From Bacteroidota bacterium (GTDB lineage: Bacteria > Bacteroidota > Ignavibacteria > UBA10030), in the NCBI GenBank assembly GCA_015661185.1, contig JACVXU010000001.1, positions 1 through 47,448 of the forward strand: a DNA stretch of 47,448 nt, written 5' to 3'. Of this stretch, positions 36,309-46,198 are shown one piece after another. Under the pieces are notes generated by a model. The model made no database searches. It had not been told where the DNA came from and was given only the letters and a program-made list of their open reading frames with translations. Every line of letters starts with the position of its first letter. The first letter of the stretch is position 1. The translations under genes and the position numbers were made by a program.

Positions 36309-37355
36309 GTGAATGCTATGCGGCCACTCTTGCTGCCATTCTCGTACGTGTTCGGCGCTGGCGTGGTGCTTCGCAACTGGTTCTTTGATACTGGGGTACT
36401 GCGGAGCCTTCCGGTTGGCGTCCCAGTCATATCTGTCGGCAACATCGAATCGGGGGGCGTTGGGAAGACTCCTTTTGTTGAGTTCCTCGTAAAGAAGCTC
36501 ACCCAGAAGGGTCGGAAGGTCGCTGTCGTGAGCCGGGGCTACAAACGCAGCAGCATCGGGACCGTGGTCGTGAGCAACGGATCGGTGCAGTGTGCCGAAG
36601 CCTCCGAGTCGGGCGATGAGCCTGCGCAGATGGCATCGAAACTGACCGGTTCGGTCGTCATCGTTGATGAACAACGTGTCCGGGGTGCACAGTACGCAAT
36701 CGAGAAATTTGGAGTGAACATCATCATCCTCGACGATGGCTTTCAGCATCGTTACCTGCGCCGCGATGCCGACATTGTGATCCTCTCCGTTGAGGATATC
36801 CAGGAGCCGGGTTGGATGCTCCCAGCGGGAAACAGGAGAGAACCCCTGACTTCTCTTCGCCGCGCATCGATGATCGCGATCTCAAGATGCGAGAGCATCG
36901 AGCAATATGAGAGGGCGCATGCTGCCGTTCGCGGTTGGACCGAGAAACCGGTGATCGGGTTGACGACAAAGGTATCGGCCTTCAGGAGAGCAAGCTACCG
37001 GTTCAGTGTGGACCTTGCAGGGCTCAAGGGTAAATCGGCGTTGGCTTTCTCCGGAATCGGGAATCCGCAGTCTTTTGAGAAAACATTGCGATCGGTCGGC
37101 CTGGCCGTGAAAAAGCATGTCGTCTTTTCCGACCATCACTCCTACACCGACAACGAATTGGTGGATTTGGAAAACGGCGTGCGGGAACTCAATGTCGACT
37201 TCCTCGTGACAACGGAAAAAGATGTCGCGCGGTTCAACTCCGGAAATAGCAGGCACATGTCGTTCCTGGAAATGATGCCCCTGTTCTATGTCGAGATTGA
37301 ACAAGCCGTCATGCGTGGTGAGTCGGCTTTGAATGAAATGATTGATCGGTTTTGA
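36309..37355 (+). CDS. lpxK: Tetraacyldisaccharide 4'-kinase
   Basis: 'PVISVGNI.SGGVGKTP', 'SRGYKR', 'GDEP', 'LDDGFQH', 'LPAGNRREP', 'GIGNPQSF', 'DHH', 'TTEKD'. Confidence 0.96.
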   Translation: MNAMRPLLLPFSYVFGAGVVLRNWFFDTGVLRSLPVGVPVISVGNIESGGVGKTPFVEFLVKKLTQKGRKVAVVSRGYKRSSIGTVVVSNGSVQCAEASESGDEPAQMASKLTGSVVIVDEQRVRGAQYAIEKFGVNIIILDDGFQHRYLRRDADIVILSVEDIQEPGWMLPAGNRREPLTSLRRASMIAISRCESIEQYERAHAAVRGWTEKPVIGLTTKVSAFRRASYRFSVDLAGLKGKSALAFSGIGNPQSFEKTLRSVGLAVKKHVVFSDHHSYTDNELVDLENGVRELNVDFLVTTEKDVARFNSGNSRHMSFLEMMPLFYVEIEQAVMRGESALNEMIDRF

Positions 37356-37505
37356 GAGAATGGAAAAAGAATTTGAGAGCCCTGGATCAATGGCAATAGC
37401 TCGGAGGTTTCTGAAAGAAGTTCAGCAGAACAAAATTATCAAGAACTCGACACCTGCTTCACACCTCATTGAAGAATAAGCATCAAAGAAAGAGAGACAC
37501 ACACT

Positions 37506-40295
37506 ATGGCAAGAAATCCAAAGTATGTTTACTTCTTCGGCAGCGGCAAAGCTGAAGGAAAAGCAGTGATGAAGAGTCTGCTCGGTGGCAAGGGGGCAAA
37601 CCTTGCCGAGATGACCAATATCGGTCTCCCGGTGCCCGCCGGATTCACCGTTTCAACGGACGTGTGCACGTACTACTATGCTCACGGGCAGGCGTATCCC
37701 AAGAGCCTGAAGAAAGAAGTTGAGGCCGCCCTGGCAAAGGTCGAAAAGGCGATGGGTGCGAGGTTCGGTGACCCCTCGAATCCGCTGCTCGTCAGCGTCC
37801 GGTCCGGCGCCCGTGCATCGATGCCTGGGATGATGGACACGATTCTGAATCTCGGACTGAACAACAAGACGGTGGCAGGCCTGATCAAGAAGACGAAGAA
37901 CGAGAGGTTCGTCTACGATTCCTACCGCCGGTTTGTCCAGATGTACGGCGACGTCGTCCTCGGTTTGAAGCCAGTTCACAAAGATGACATCGATCCGTTT
38001 GAGGCGATTATTGAGCAGAAGAAGACAGAACGTGGCGTCCACCTTGACACGGATCTGACGGCAGACGACCTGAAGGATCTTGTCGGCAGGTTCAAGACTG
38101 CCGTCAAGGAGCGGACGGGGAGAGATTTCCCGGAAAACCCGATGGACCAGATGTGGGGTGCGGTAGGATCGGTATTTGGCTCGTGGATGAACGATCGGGC
38201 GATTGCGTATCGCAGACTCTACGACATCCCGGAAGCCTGGGGAACCGCTGTGAACATCCAGTCGATGGTCTTCGGTAACATGGGTGAAGATTCAGGCACG
38301 GGTGTCGCGTTCACACGCGACGCAGCCACTGGAGAAAACGTCTTCTACGGCGAGTATCTCATGAACGCACAAGGAGAGGATGTTGTGGCAGGCACCCGGA
38401 CACCGCTGCCCATTTCCCAGCTCGCCAAGCAGGATCCGAAAATCTATGGTCAGCTTGACAAGATCCGCAAGAACCTCGAGAAGCACTATCGGGACATGAT
38501 GGACGTGGAATTTACGATTCAGCAGGGAAAACTGTACATGCTGCAGTGCCGTGTCGGGAAGCGGACATCCTTCGCTGAAATCAAGATCGCAGTCGATATG
38601 GTAAAAGAGAAGCTGATCACCGATCGCGAGGCTCTCTTGCGTGTCCAGCCCGACCAGCTCAACCAACTGCTCAGACCGATCTTCGACTTGAAAGAAAAAG
38701 AGCTTGCAGTGAAGGGGGGCCGATTGCTTGCGAAGGGCTTGAACGCAGGTCCGGGTGCTGCTGCCGGACGCGTTGTGTTCAACGCTCATGACGCCGAGGA
38801 ATGGGCAAAGCGCGGAGAGAAGGTTATCCTCACCCGAATCGAGACCTCGCCCGAAGACATCAAAGGTATGAACGCCGCTGAAGGTATCCTCACGGCACGC
38901 GGCGGTATGACATCGCACGCAGCTCTTGTCGCGCGGCAGATGGGCAGGGTATGCGTCGCGGGTTGCAGCACGCTCGATATTGACTATTCAAAGCACGTGA
39001 TGAAGGTCGCAGGCCAGGTCATCAAGGAAGGCGACTGGATCTCGATCGACGGCACAACCGGCGAGGTCATCAATGGAAAGGTCAACACGAAACCGTCTGA
39101 GGTATTACAGGTGCTGATCGACAAGACAATGGATCCGAAGGATGCACCGGTCTTTCGGACGTTCGATCAGATCATGAAGTGGGCGGACAAGTATCGCCGC
39201 CTGAAGATCCGCACCAACGCAGATCAGCCCGACCAGTCCTCCAACGCCGTGGCGTTTGGCGCTCAGGGAATCGGCCTCTGCCGTACGGAGCACATGTTTT
39301 TCGGCGAAGGCAAGATCGGCCCGATGCGCGAGATGATTCTGGCAGACACCGTGGAAGAACGCAAAGCCGCCCTGGCAAAGCTCCTGCCGTTGCAGCGCAA
39401 GGACTTCGCGGGCATCTTCGAAGTGATGAACGGCCGGCCGGTGACCATCCGCACGATCGACCCGCCGTTGCACGAGTTCGTTCCGCACGAAGAGAAGGCT
39501 CAGCGTGAACTGGCAGCGCAGATCGGCATCTCGTATGAGAAGGTAAAACAGCGTGTTGAGTCGTTGCATGAATTCAATCCGATGCTCGGATTCCGCGGAT
39601 GCCGTCTGGGCATCGTGTATCCGGAGATTACCGAGATGCAGTCGCGTGCCGTGTTCGAGGCCGCTGCGGAAGTGAAAAAGCGTGGTATTCCTGTGGAGCC
39701 GGAAGTGATGATCCCGCTCGTCGGCAACGTGAAAGAACTTCAGCACCAGGCGAAAATCGTCCGAGAGACAGCCGAAGCTGTGATGAAAGAGCAGAAAGTC
39801 AGGTTCCCGTACCTTGTCGGGACGATGATCGAAATCCCGCGCGGCGCAGTAACGGCAGATGAGATCGCGTCCGTTGCTGAGTTCTTCAGCTTCGGGACGA
39901 ACGACTTGACGCAGACCACGCTCGGAATCAGCCGTGATGACTCCGCTCGATTCATTGCTCCGTACGTCGACAGGGAAATATATTCAAAGGATCCGTTCGA
40001 GGTTCTTGACCGGACCGGCGTTGGAGCCATGATGAAGATCGCTGTCGAAAAAGGACGGTCCACCCGGCCCGATATCAAGCTCGGGATCTGCGGTGAGCAT
40101 GGCGGAGAACCATCAAGCATCGAGTTTTGCCATCTCCTCGGCCTGAACTATGTCAGCTGTTCACCGTTCCGTGTTCCCATAGCCCGATTGGCTGCAGCGC
40201 GCGCGGCCTTGTTGAATGACAAGCCGGTTGCGCAGGGCAGGGGTGCCGGCAAGGCAAAGAAGGCCTCCGGCCGCATGCCGGCACGGAAGCGGTAG
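37506..40295 (+). CDS. ppdK: Pyruvate, phosphate dikinase
   Basis: '[12 protein letters not shown]', '[16 protein letters not shown]', '[12 protein letters not shown]', 'GLCRTEHMF', '[10 protein letters not shown]', 'SFGTNDLTQ', 'GICGEHGG'. Confidence 0.97.
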   Translation: MARNPKYVYFFGSGKAEGKAVMKSLLGGKGANLAEMTNIGLPVPAGFTVSTDVCTYYYAHGQAYPKSLKKEVEAALAKVEKAMGARFGDPSNPLLVSVRSGARASMPGMMDTILNLGLNNKTVAGLIKKTKNERFVYDSYRRFVQMYGDVVLGLKPVHKDDIDPFEAIIEQKKTERGVHLDTDLTADDLKDLVGRFKTAVKERTGRDFPENPMDQMWGAVGSVFGSWMNDRAIAYRRLYDIPEAWGTAVNIQSMVFGNMGEDSGTGVAFTRDAATGENVFYGEYLMNAQGEDVVAGTRTPLPISQLAKQDPKIYGQLDKIRKNLEKHYRDMMDVEFTIQQGKLYMLQCRVGKRTSFAEIKIAVDMVKEKLITDREALLRVQPDQLNQLLRPIFDLKEKELAVKGGRLLAKGLNAGPGAAAGRVVFNAHDAEEWAKRGEKVILTRIETSPEDIKGMNAAEGILTARGGMTSHAALVARQMGRVCVAGCSTLDIDYSKHVMKVAGQVIKEGDWISIDGTTGEVINGKVNTKPSEVLQVLIDKTMDPKDAPVFRTFDQIMKWADKYRRLKIRTNADQPDQSSNAVAFGAQGIGLCRTEHMFFGEGKIGPMREMILADTVEERKAALAKLLPLQRKDFAGIFEVMNGRPVTIRTIDPPLHEFVPHEEKAQRELAAQIGISYEKVKQRVESLHEFNPMLGFRGCRLGIVYPEITEMQSRAVFEAAAEVKKRGIPVEPEVMIPLVGNVKELQHQAKIVRETAEAVMKEQKVRFPYLVGTMIEIPRGAVTADEIASVAEFFSFGTNDLTQTTLGISRDDSARFIAPYVDREIYSKDPFEVLDRTGVGAMMKIAVEKGRSTRPDIKLGICGEHGGEPSSIEFCHLLGLNYVSCSPFRVPIARLAAARAALLNDKPVAQGRGAGKAKKASGRMPARKR

Positions 40296-40434
40296 GGCTT
40301 GCGAGCCGTCAAGAGTACTGTCGTGCTCGCTTCTCGGAGAGGGTAATACTGCACCATCTTCGGACGGGCGGGCACGCAGGTTTATAATCGTTGTTTGTCC
40401 ATACTCATCCCATTATTGAGAGAGGCGTTAAGCA

Positions 40435-41472
40435 ATGAAACTCTCTGATTTCAAATATCCTTTACCTCGCAATTTGATAGCGAAGTTTCCTGCGAAGCCG
40501 CGTGATCACTCCCGGCTGATGGTGCTGAACCGTGCCGATGAGTCGATCGACGATCGGAAGTTTCATGAGATCGTGGACTACCTTAGCAAAGGGGACTGCC
40601 TGGTCGTGAACGAGGCCAAGGTGTTTCAGGCTCGTCTGTTCGGAAAGAAAGAAAAGACCAACGCGAAAATTGAAGTCTTTCTCCTGCGCGAACTGAACGC
40701 AGAGGAGAATATCTGGGACGTGATCGTCGATCCGGCGCGCAAAGTGCGCATCGGAAACAAGATATTCTTCGACAACGGCAAACTCTGGTGTGAGGTCATT
40801 GACAATACGACCTCACGCGGTCGCACAGTCCGGTTCAACCACAAGGGGGATTTCTTCAAGATCATTGAGAGGATCGGGATTACTCCGCTCCCCACCTACA
40901 TCAAGCGCGATGCAACGGATAAGGACAAGGACTCGTACCAGACGGTCTACGCACGCGTCCTCGGCGCGGTAGCTGCGCCGACGGCAGGCCTCCATTTCAC
41001 CAAGCCTCTCCTCAGGAAGATCGAGCGCAAAGGTATCAAGATCGTGCCGGTTCTGCTGCATGTCGGGCTCGGCTCGTTCAGGGCCGTCGAAGTAGAAGAC
41101 CTGACGAAGCACAAAATGGACTCGGAGTACTACGAAATCTCCGCCGAAGCTGCTCATACAATCAACAAAGTCATCGATGCGAAACGAAACGTCTTTGTCG
41201 TCGGCACGAGTACCTGCCGGGCCCTCGAATCGAGCGTGACCTCTGACGGACACCTGAAGCCGTCGAAGGGCTGGACGGATAAATTTCTCTTTCCACCGTA
41301 CGATTTCAAGATCGCCGACAAGCTCATCACAAACTTCCATCTCCCCGAGTCGACCCTGCTGATGCTCGTGAGCGCAATTGCAGGGCACGATTTTGTGATG
41401 CGCGCGTACAAGCGGGGCATCAAAGAAGGATACCGTTTCTACAGCTACGGCGACGCAATGCTGATTCTTTAG
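40435..41472 (+). CDS. queA: S-adenosylmethionine:tRNA ribosyltransferase-isomerase
   Basis: 'MKLSDFKY.LP..LIA..P', 'YQTVYA', 'GAVAAPTAGLHF', 'LHVGLGSF', 'TNFHLPESTLLMLVSA', 'YRFYSYGDAMLI'. Confidence 0.97.
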   Translation: MKLSDFKYPLPRNLIAKFPAKPRDHSRLMVLNRADESIDDRKFHEIVDYLSKGDCLVVNEAKVFQARLFGKKEKTNAKIEVFLLRELNAEENIWDVIVDPARKVRIGNKIFFDNGKLWCEVIDNTTSRGRTVRFNHKGDFFKIIERIGITPLPTYIKRDATDKDKDSYQTVYARVLGAVAAPTAGLHFTKPLLRKIERKGIKIVPVLLHVGLGSFRAVEVEDLTKHKMDSEYYEISAEAAHTINKVIDAKRNVFVVGTSTCRALESSVTSDGHLKPSKGWTDKFLFPPYDFKIADKLITNFHLPESTLLMLVSAIAGHDFVMRAYKRGIKEGYRFYSYGDAMLIL

Positions 41473-41534
41473 ACATTCGCACTTCACTCATATGGGCAGA
41501 AGCAACGGGGTGAAGTTTACTCATTCTTGTCTCT

Positions 41535-42254
41535 ATGACGAAAATCCGTCCGAAAATATTTGCGATCATTCCTGCCGCGGGATTAGGGAAACGTCTGGGC
41601 GGCTCGGTCAAGAAGCAGTTCCTTCTGCTCAGGGACAAGCCGATCATCGTTCACACGTTGCAGCGTTTTGAACACTGCTCAGAGATTGACGAGATTGCTA
41701 TCGCCGTGCCCGAGCAGTCGATCGCGGAGATGGAATCCTTGATCTCACATTTTCGACTGCACAAAGTCAGTATGGTGACAGTCGGAGGAGAGAAGAGGCA
41801 GGATTCTGTGTACAACGCTTTGAGGCGGTTCGCTTTCAAACCGTCAGATATCGTTCTCGTGCATGACGGTGTCCGGCCGTTTATCGAATCGAAACGGATA
41901 GCACATCTGATCAGGTCGTGCAAGGAACATGAAGCCGCGGTGCTCGCTGTGCAGCCGAAGGATACCATCCGCCGTTCTCGGGGAGGCGAGTACTTCGACC
42001 AGACGCTTGATCGGAACGCGCTCTGGCTCGTTCAGACACCGCAAGCCTTCAGAGCTTCGGTCCTGATGAAGGCATTCAAGGAGGCAAAACGCACTCGGTT
42101 CTACGGGACCGATGAAGTAGGTCTCGTCGAACGAATTGGTGTCAGGGTGAGAATTGTTGAGGGTTCGTACGACAACATCAAGATCACGACCCAGGAAGAC
42201 GTCGACCTGGGCCGATTGATACTCGAACGGTGGAGAACCAAAGGCCTGCTTTGA
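41535..42254 (+). CDS. ispD: 2-C-methyl-D-erythritol 4-phosphate cytidylyltransferase
   Basis: 'IIPAAGLGKRLG', 'KQFL', 'GGEKRQDSV', 'VLVHDGVRPF', 'VQTPQAF', 'NIKITTQED'. Confidence 0.95.
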   Translation: MTKIRPKIFAIIPAAGLGKRLGGSVKKQFLLLRDKPIIVHTLQRFEHCSEIDEIAIAVPEQSIAEMESLISHFRLHKVSMVTVGGEKRQDSVYNALRRFAFKPSDIVLVHDGVRPFIESKRIAHLIRSCKEHEAAVLAVQPKDTIRRSRGGEYFDQTLDRNALWLVQTPQAFRASVLMKAFKEAKRTRFYGTDEVGLVERIGVRVRIVEGSYDNIKITTQEDVDLGRLILERWRTKGLL

Positions 42255-42283
42255 GCTGGAAGCAGGAATCGTTCTGAATTTTC

Positions 42284-42312
42284 TTGCATCTCATTCAGCG
42301 AGTGCCTACATT
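42284..42312 (+). promoter_or_regulatory. Putative sigma70-type promoter of plsY-gpsA
   Basis: TTGCAT-N17-TACATT. Confidence 0.45.
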
Positions 42313-42354
42313 TTATCAGTAGTTCTTGTCATGGTAAGCGAAAGGTCCTGAAGA

Positions 42355-43047
42355 ATGGTCAATCTTGCGATCGTCATTCTCCTGAGTTATATCATCGGAT
42401 CCATGCCGACGAGCATCATGCTCTCGAAATGGAAGCACGGCTTTGACATCCGTACGAAGGGGAGCGGGAATGCCGGTGGCACCAACGTCTTCCGTGTGCT
42501 TGGGTGGAAGTCGGGTGTGCTGGTCATGGCGGTTGACATGGCCAAGGGAGCGATCGCGACAGCTCTGATTTCGAGGCTCTTCTGGGATCCTTCACTGCCG
42601 TTTTATAACAGGACGCCGTTTGATGATTTCACCATCATTCAGATGATCTGCGGTGGCGCCGCCATTGTTGGTCATATATGGACGGTGTTCGCAGGGTTCA
42701 AGGGGGGAAAAGGAATCGCTACCGGTGCGGGAATGCTGATCGGTGTCGCGCCGACAGAAGCCGCAATCTCCATCGGTATGTTTTTCCTTGTGTTCATGGT
42801 CTATAAGTACGTTTCTCTGGGCTCAATTGCCGCTGCCGTTGCGTTCCCGGTTTCGTTGTTTGTACGGCACAACATCTTTGGTGATGAGATCCAGAGTTAC
42901 AGGACGTTGATCGTCTTTAGCCTCTCTGTCGCCATTCTGTTGCTCTATTCTCATCGTCACAACATCAAGCGGCTGATTGATGGGACCGAGAAGAAGGTAT
43001 CCGGCTTCACCCCGAAGGAAGTGCGCGAGACCAGTCTCCGGCTGTAG
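42355..43047 (+). CDS. plsY: Acyl-phosphate:glycerol-3-phosphate acyltransferase
   Basis: 'YIIGSMP', 'DIRTKGSGNAGGTNVFR', 'DMAKG', 'GHIW..FAGFKGGKGIAT', 'YVSLGSI', 'HRHNIKRL..GTE'. Confidence 0.95.
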   Translation: MVNLAIVILLSYIIGSMPTSIMLSKWKHGFDIRTKGSGNAGGTNVFRVLGWKSGVLVMAVDMAKGAIATALISRLFWDPSLPFYNRTPFDDFTIIQMICGGAAIVGHIWTVFAGFKGGKGIATGAGMLIGVAPTEAAISIGMFFLVFMVYKYVSLGSIAAAVAFPVSLFVRHNIFGDEIQSYRTLIVFSLSVAILLLYSHRHNIKRLIDGTEKKVSGFTPKEVRETSLRL

Positions 43048-43124
43048 ACCCTCTGCAGCGAATCCCCTCAATGGCCCTGAGCAGTCTGACGAGCGTATAG
43101 TACTCCAGAAGAATACTCATCTCG

Positions 43125-44120
43125 ATGAAAATCACTGTCCTTGGTGCCGGTAGCTGGGGAACCACCCTCGCACTAGTTCTGCTCGGAAACGGCCATGATG
43201 TCTCGCTCTGGTGCTACACGCAGGACCAGGTGGACCTCATGCGTCAGCAGCACGAGAATACTGAGTTCCTACCCGGCGTCCCTCTTCCCCCGAACCTGAA
43301 GTTTACCGGTGAAATTGAAGCGGCATCTGAGAAGCGCGACATGATCGTGACTGCTGTCCCCTCTCAGTACTTACGTCCAGTCCTTGAGAAGATCGCTCAT
43401 CTCGACCTGGAGCGTACCGTCATTTGCAACGTCGCGAAGGGGATCGAGAACTCCACATTGATGACGATGTCAGAGGTGCTGCTCGACGTTCTCAAACACG
43501 AGAGGAAGGAAAACCTCGCGATTCTCTCCGGTCCAAGCCACGCAGAGGAAGTCTCGAGACGGATTCCAACCGCGATTGTCGCTGCATCCTTCAAGGAAAA
43601 AACCTCAAAGATTGTGCAAGATGCGTTCACCACAAACTACTTCCGTGTGTACGTCAACGATGATATCCGGGGTGTAGAGCTGGGCGGCTCATTGAAAAAC
43701 GTGATCGCAGTCGCAGCCGGTATCAGCGATGGCGCGGGATTCGGTGACAACACAAAAGCAGCGATCATGACACGAGGCATTTACGAAATCACACGCCTCG
43801 GCGTAAAACTTGGTGCCCAGCCAAAGACGTTCGCAGGGTTGTCGGGTATGGGCGATCTGATTGTCACCTGCATGAGCCATCATAGTCGCAATCGGTACCT
43901 CGGGGAACAAATCGGCAAGGGACGCAAACTCGAGGATGTTCTGAAGGAAATGGTGATGGTTGCCGAGGGAGTCGCGACAGCAAAATCGGTTCGCGATCTC
44001 GAGAAGAAATACGATATCGACCTGCCGATCATGTCCGAGGTCCATGAGGTTCTCTTTGAGAACAAGGATCCACAAAAGGCGACAACCGATCTCATGACCC
44101 GTCACTCAAAAGGGGAATAA
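43125..44120 (+). CDS. gpsA: NAD(P)H-dependent glycerol-3-phosphate dehydrogenase
   Basis: 'LGAGSWGTTLA', 'AKGIE', 'LSGPSHAEEV', 'GGSLKNVIA', 'GDNTKAA', 'GMGDLIVTC.S.HSRNR', 'VAEGV'. Confidence 0.96.
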   Translation: MKITVLGAGSWGTTLALVLLGNGHDVSLWCYTQDQVDLMRQQHENTEFLPGVPLPPNLKFTGEIEAASEKRDMIVTAVPSQYLRPVLEKIAHLDLERTVICNVAKGIENSTLMTMSEVLLDVLKHERKENLAILSGPSHAEEVSRRIPTAIVAASFKEKTSKIVQDAFTTNYFRVYVNDDIRGVELGGSLKNVIAVAAGISDGAGFGDNTKAAIMTRGIYEITRLGVKLGAQPKTFAGLSGMGDLIVTCMSHHSRNRYLGEQIGKGRKLEDVLKEMVMVAEGVATAKSVRDLEKKYDIDLPIMSEVHEVLFENKDPQKATTDLMTRHSKGE

Positions 44121-44225
44121 GGTCGGAGAGTATTATCACTTTTAATACGGTACTTCTTAGATTCATCCGCTCTAAATCCTGCTGGTTTTCGCATTCTTCT
44201 TCGTTTGTGCTCAAAAGGGCCTACC

Positions 44226-44254
44226 TTGCTTCTCGCGGCTGTTTTCTGTAGATT
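44226..44254 (+). promoter_or_regulatory. Putative sigma70-type promoter upstream of the second plsY
   Basis: TTGCTT-N17-TAGATT. Confidence 0.4.
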
Positions 44255-44298
44255 CATTATGAATTCGATACAGACAGCTGTTAAGTCCTGGTGACCAC

Positions 44299-44949
44299 TT
44301 GTTGGAAGTGTTCGCAATTCTCGTCGGCAGCTACCTGATTGGCTCAATCCCTGTTGCCTTCATAATTGTCAGGAAGCAGGCGGATGTGGATATTCGCGAG
44401 ACAGGCAGCGGCAACGCGGGGGGCTTCAATGCCTACGTGGTTACGAAATCGAGACTGACGGGCATTCTCGTGGGGGTGCTGGATGCTGGCAAGGGCTTCG
44501 CTCCCGTACTGGCGGCAGGACTCTTGTTTCCGAATTCCTTCCTTCATGGGTGCCTCGCCCTGTTGGGCGCGATCCTGGGGCACAACTACCCGATTTGGAC
44601 TGGGTTCAAAGGGGGAAGAGGGCTTTCTACTAGTGCCGGTGGTATGTTTTCTCTGGGATTCAGCTACACTGTTGTGTGGTGTACGATCTGGATGGTCACC
44701 AAATACCTCCTGAAGCGTGACATTCTCGTCTCAAACGTCACAGCAATTCTCACGACACCGCTCGTGCTTTGGCTTCTGCCGTGGGAATGGGTGAGCCAAC
44801 TTATCGTGGCAAAGGTAGAGAATTGGACATTCGTGTTCTTCTCATGTGTTCTCAGCACCATATTGCTTCTGAGCCATCTTGATGCCGTTAAAGACATTTG
44901 GAAAGGTCCTCCAAAGGAGCGACCGGACATATCCACTCCACATTCATAA
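44299..44949 (+). CDS. Divergent PlsY-family acyltransferase paralog
   Basis: 'YLIGSIP', 'DIRETGSGNAGGFNA', 'DAGKG', 'GHNYPIW.GFKGGRGLST'. The C-terminal motif is degenerate. Confidence 0.85.
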   Translation: MLEVFAILVGSYLIGSIPVAFIIVRKQADVDIRETGSGNAGGFNAYVVTKSRLTGILVGVLDAGKGFAPVLAAGLLFPNSFLHGCLALLGAILGHNYPIWTGFKGGRGLSTSAGGMFSLGFSYTVVWCTIWMVTKYLLKRDILVSNVTAILTTPLVLWLLPWEWVSQLIVAKVENWTFVFFSCVLSTILLLSHLDAVKDIWKGPPKERPDISTPHS

Positions 44950-44964
44950 AAACCTCGTGTAGCT

Positions 44965-46182
44965 ATGAAGAAGAACTACTTCATGCTTCTCCTGGTATTC
45001 GCGGTTCCTCTTCTCGTGGGAATCGGCATAGGGTATTCGATCAAACCATCTGTCGCAGCTTCTACGCGCGACGCGAATGAGGCTTTCGATACGGCATTCC
45101 CGACAGCTGTGCGTGTCCAGGACAAGTCAGGGAGCGAGCAGGACCAGGTCTCCGGCTCGCGCCGCAACGCCATTACGCGCGCCATCGCAAAGGTCAGCCC
45201 GGCTACCGTCGGAATTAACGTGACGGAAGTCCACGAGCAACCCGGCCTCCTGAATGTCGATCCGTACTTCCGCCAATATCTCGGCAATGATCCCTTCTGG
45301 AAACAATTCATCGGTCCTCAGCGGTACCAGGTTCAGAATCTTGGATCCGGGGTCATCATTTCCCCCGACGGCTATATCGTTACGAACTTCCATGTCGCAG
45401 GGAACGCCAAAGAGATTACGGTGACATTCGTCGGTGGAAAGAAGATGAAAGCGAAACTCGTAGGTGGCGATCCCGTCAGCGACGTCGCTTTGCTGAAAGT
45501 CGACGGATCGGATCTTGCCTACGCGACTCTCGGCACCTCGGATGATATCGTCATCGGGGAATGGGCCATCGCCTTGGGCAATCCGTTCGGACTGTTTGAG
45601 ATCAACGACAAACCGACCGTGACAGTCGGCGTCATCAGCTCGATTGGCATGAATCTTGGCCGTCAGGGAAATGCCGTCTATCGGGATATGATAGAGACAG
45701 ACGCGGCCATCAATGGAGGGAATAGTGGTGGCCCCCTGGTGAACAGCAACGGTGATGTTGTGGGAATCAATACGCTGATCTTCACCGGAGGAGTCAGCCA
45801 GGCATTTGTTGGATACGGTTTCGCGATTCCCGTGAACAAGGTCAAGAAGATTGTAGCAGATCTCCGCAAGAAGGGCCAGGTGACCCGTGATATCTTCACC
45901 GGATTCGAAGCCCAGGAAGTGGATGCGCGCGTTGCACGGTATTTCGGACTGACCGAAGTTCGGGGAATCATCGTGAGCGATATCTTTCGAAAGGGACCGG
46001 CCGAAAAAGCCGATCTCCGGGTGGGAGATATCATCCTCGAGAGCAATGGAGCCAAGATCAACTCTGCTGAAGATTTCTCCGCCATTCTTTCCGATGCAAG
46101 CGCTGGTGAGGTATTGAAACTCAAGGTATTTCGTGAACGCAAGGTGATGAATCTCGATCTGAAACTCGAAAAGAAACCGTAA
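44965..46182 (+). CDS. HtrA/DegP-family serine protease with one PDZ domain
   Basis: N-terminal TM segment; 'GSGVII..DGYIVTNFHV', 'DVALLK', 'ALGNPFGL', 'TDAAINGGNSGGPLVN'; PDZ 'GPAEKADLRVGDII'. Confidence 0.93.
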   Translation: MKKNYFMLLLVFAVPLLVGIGIGYSIKPSVAASTRDANEAFDTAFPTAVRVQDKSGSEQDQVSGSRRNAITRAIAKVSPATVGINVTEVHEQPGLLNVDPYFRQYLGNDPFWKQFIGPQRYQVQNLGSGVIISPDGYIVTNFHVAGNAKEITVTFVGGKKMKAKLVGGDPVSDVALLKVDGSDLAYATLGTSDDIVIGEWAIALGNPFGLFEINDKPTVTVGVISSIGMNLGRQGNAVYRDMIETDAAINGGNSGGPLVNSNGDVVGINTLIFTGGVSQAFVGYGFAIPVNKVKKIVADLRKKGQVTRDIFTGFEAQEVDARVARYFGLTEVRGIIVSDIFRKGPAEKADLRVGDIILESNGAKINSAEDFSAILSDASAGEVLKLKVFRERKVMNLDLKLEKKP

Positions 46183-46198
46183 ACGGAAAGGCTGAGCT

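Noticed and set aside
40220-40295. Lys/Arg/Ala-rich C-terminal tail of PpdK
   Set aside because: Short low-complexity basic tails are common, and nothing here points to a specific function.
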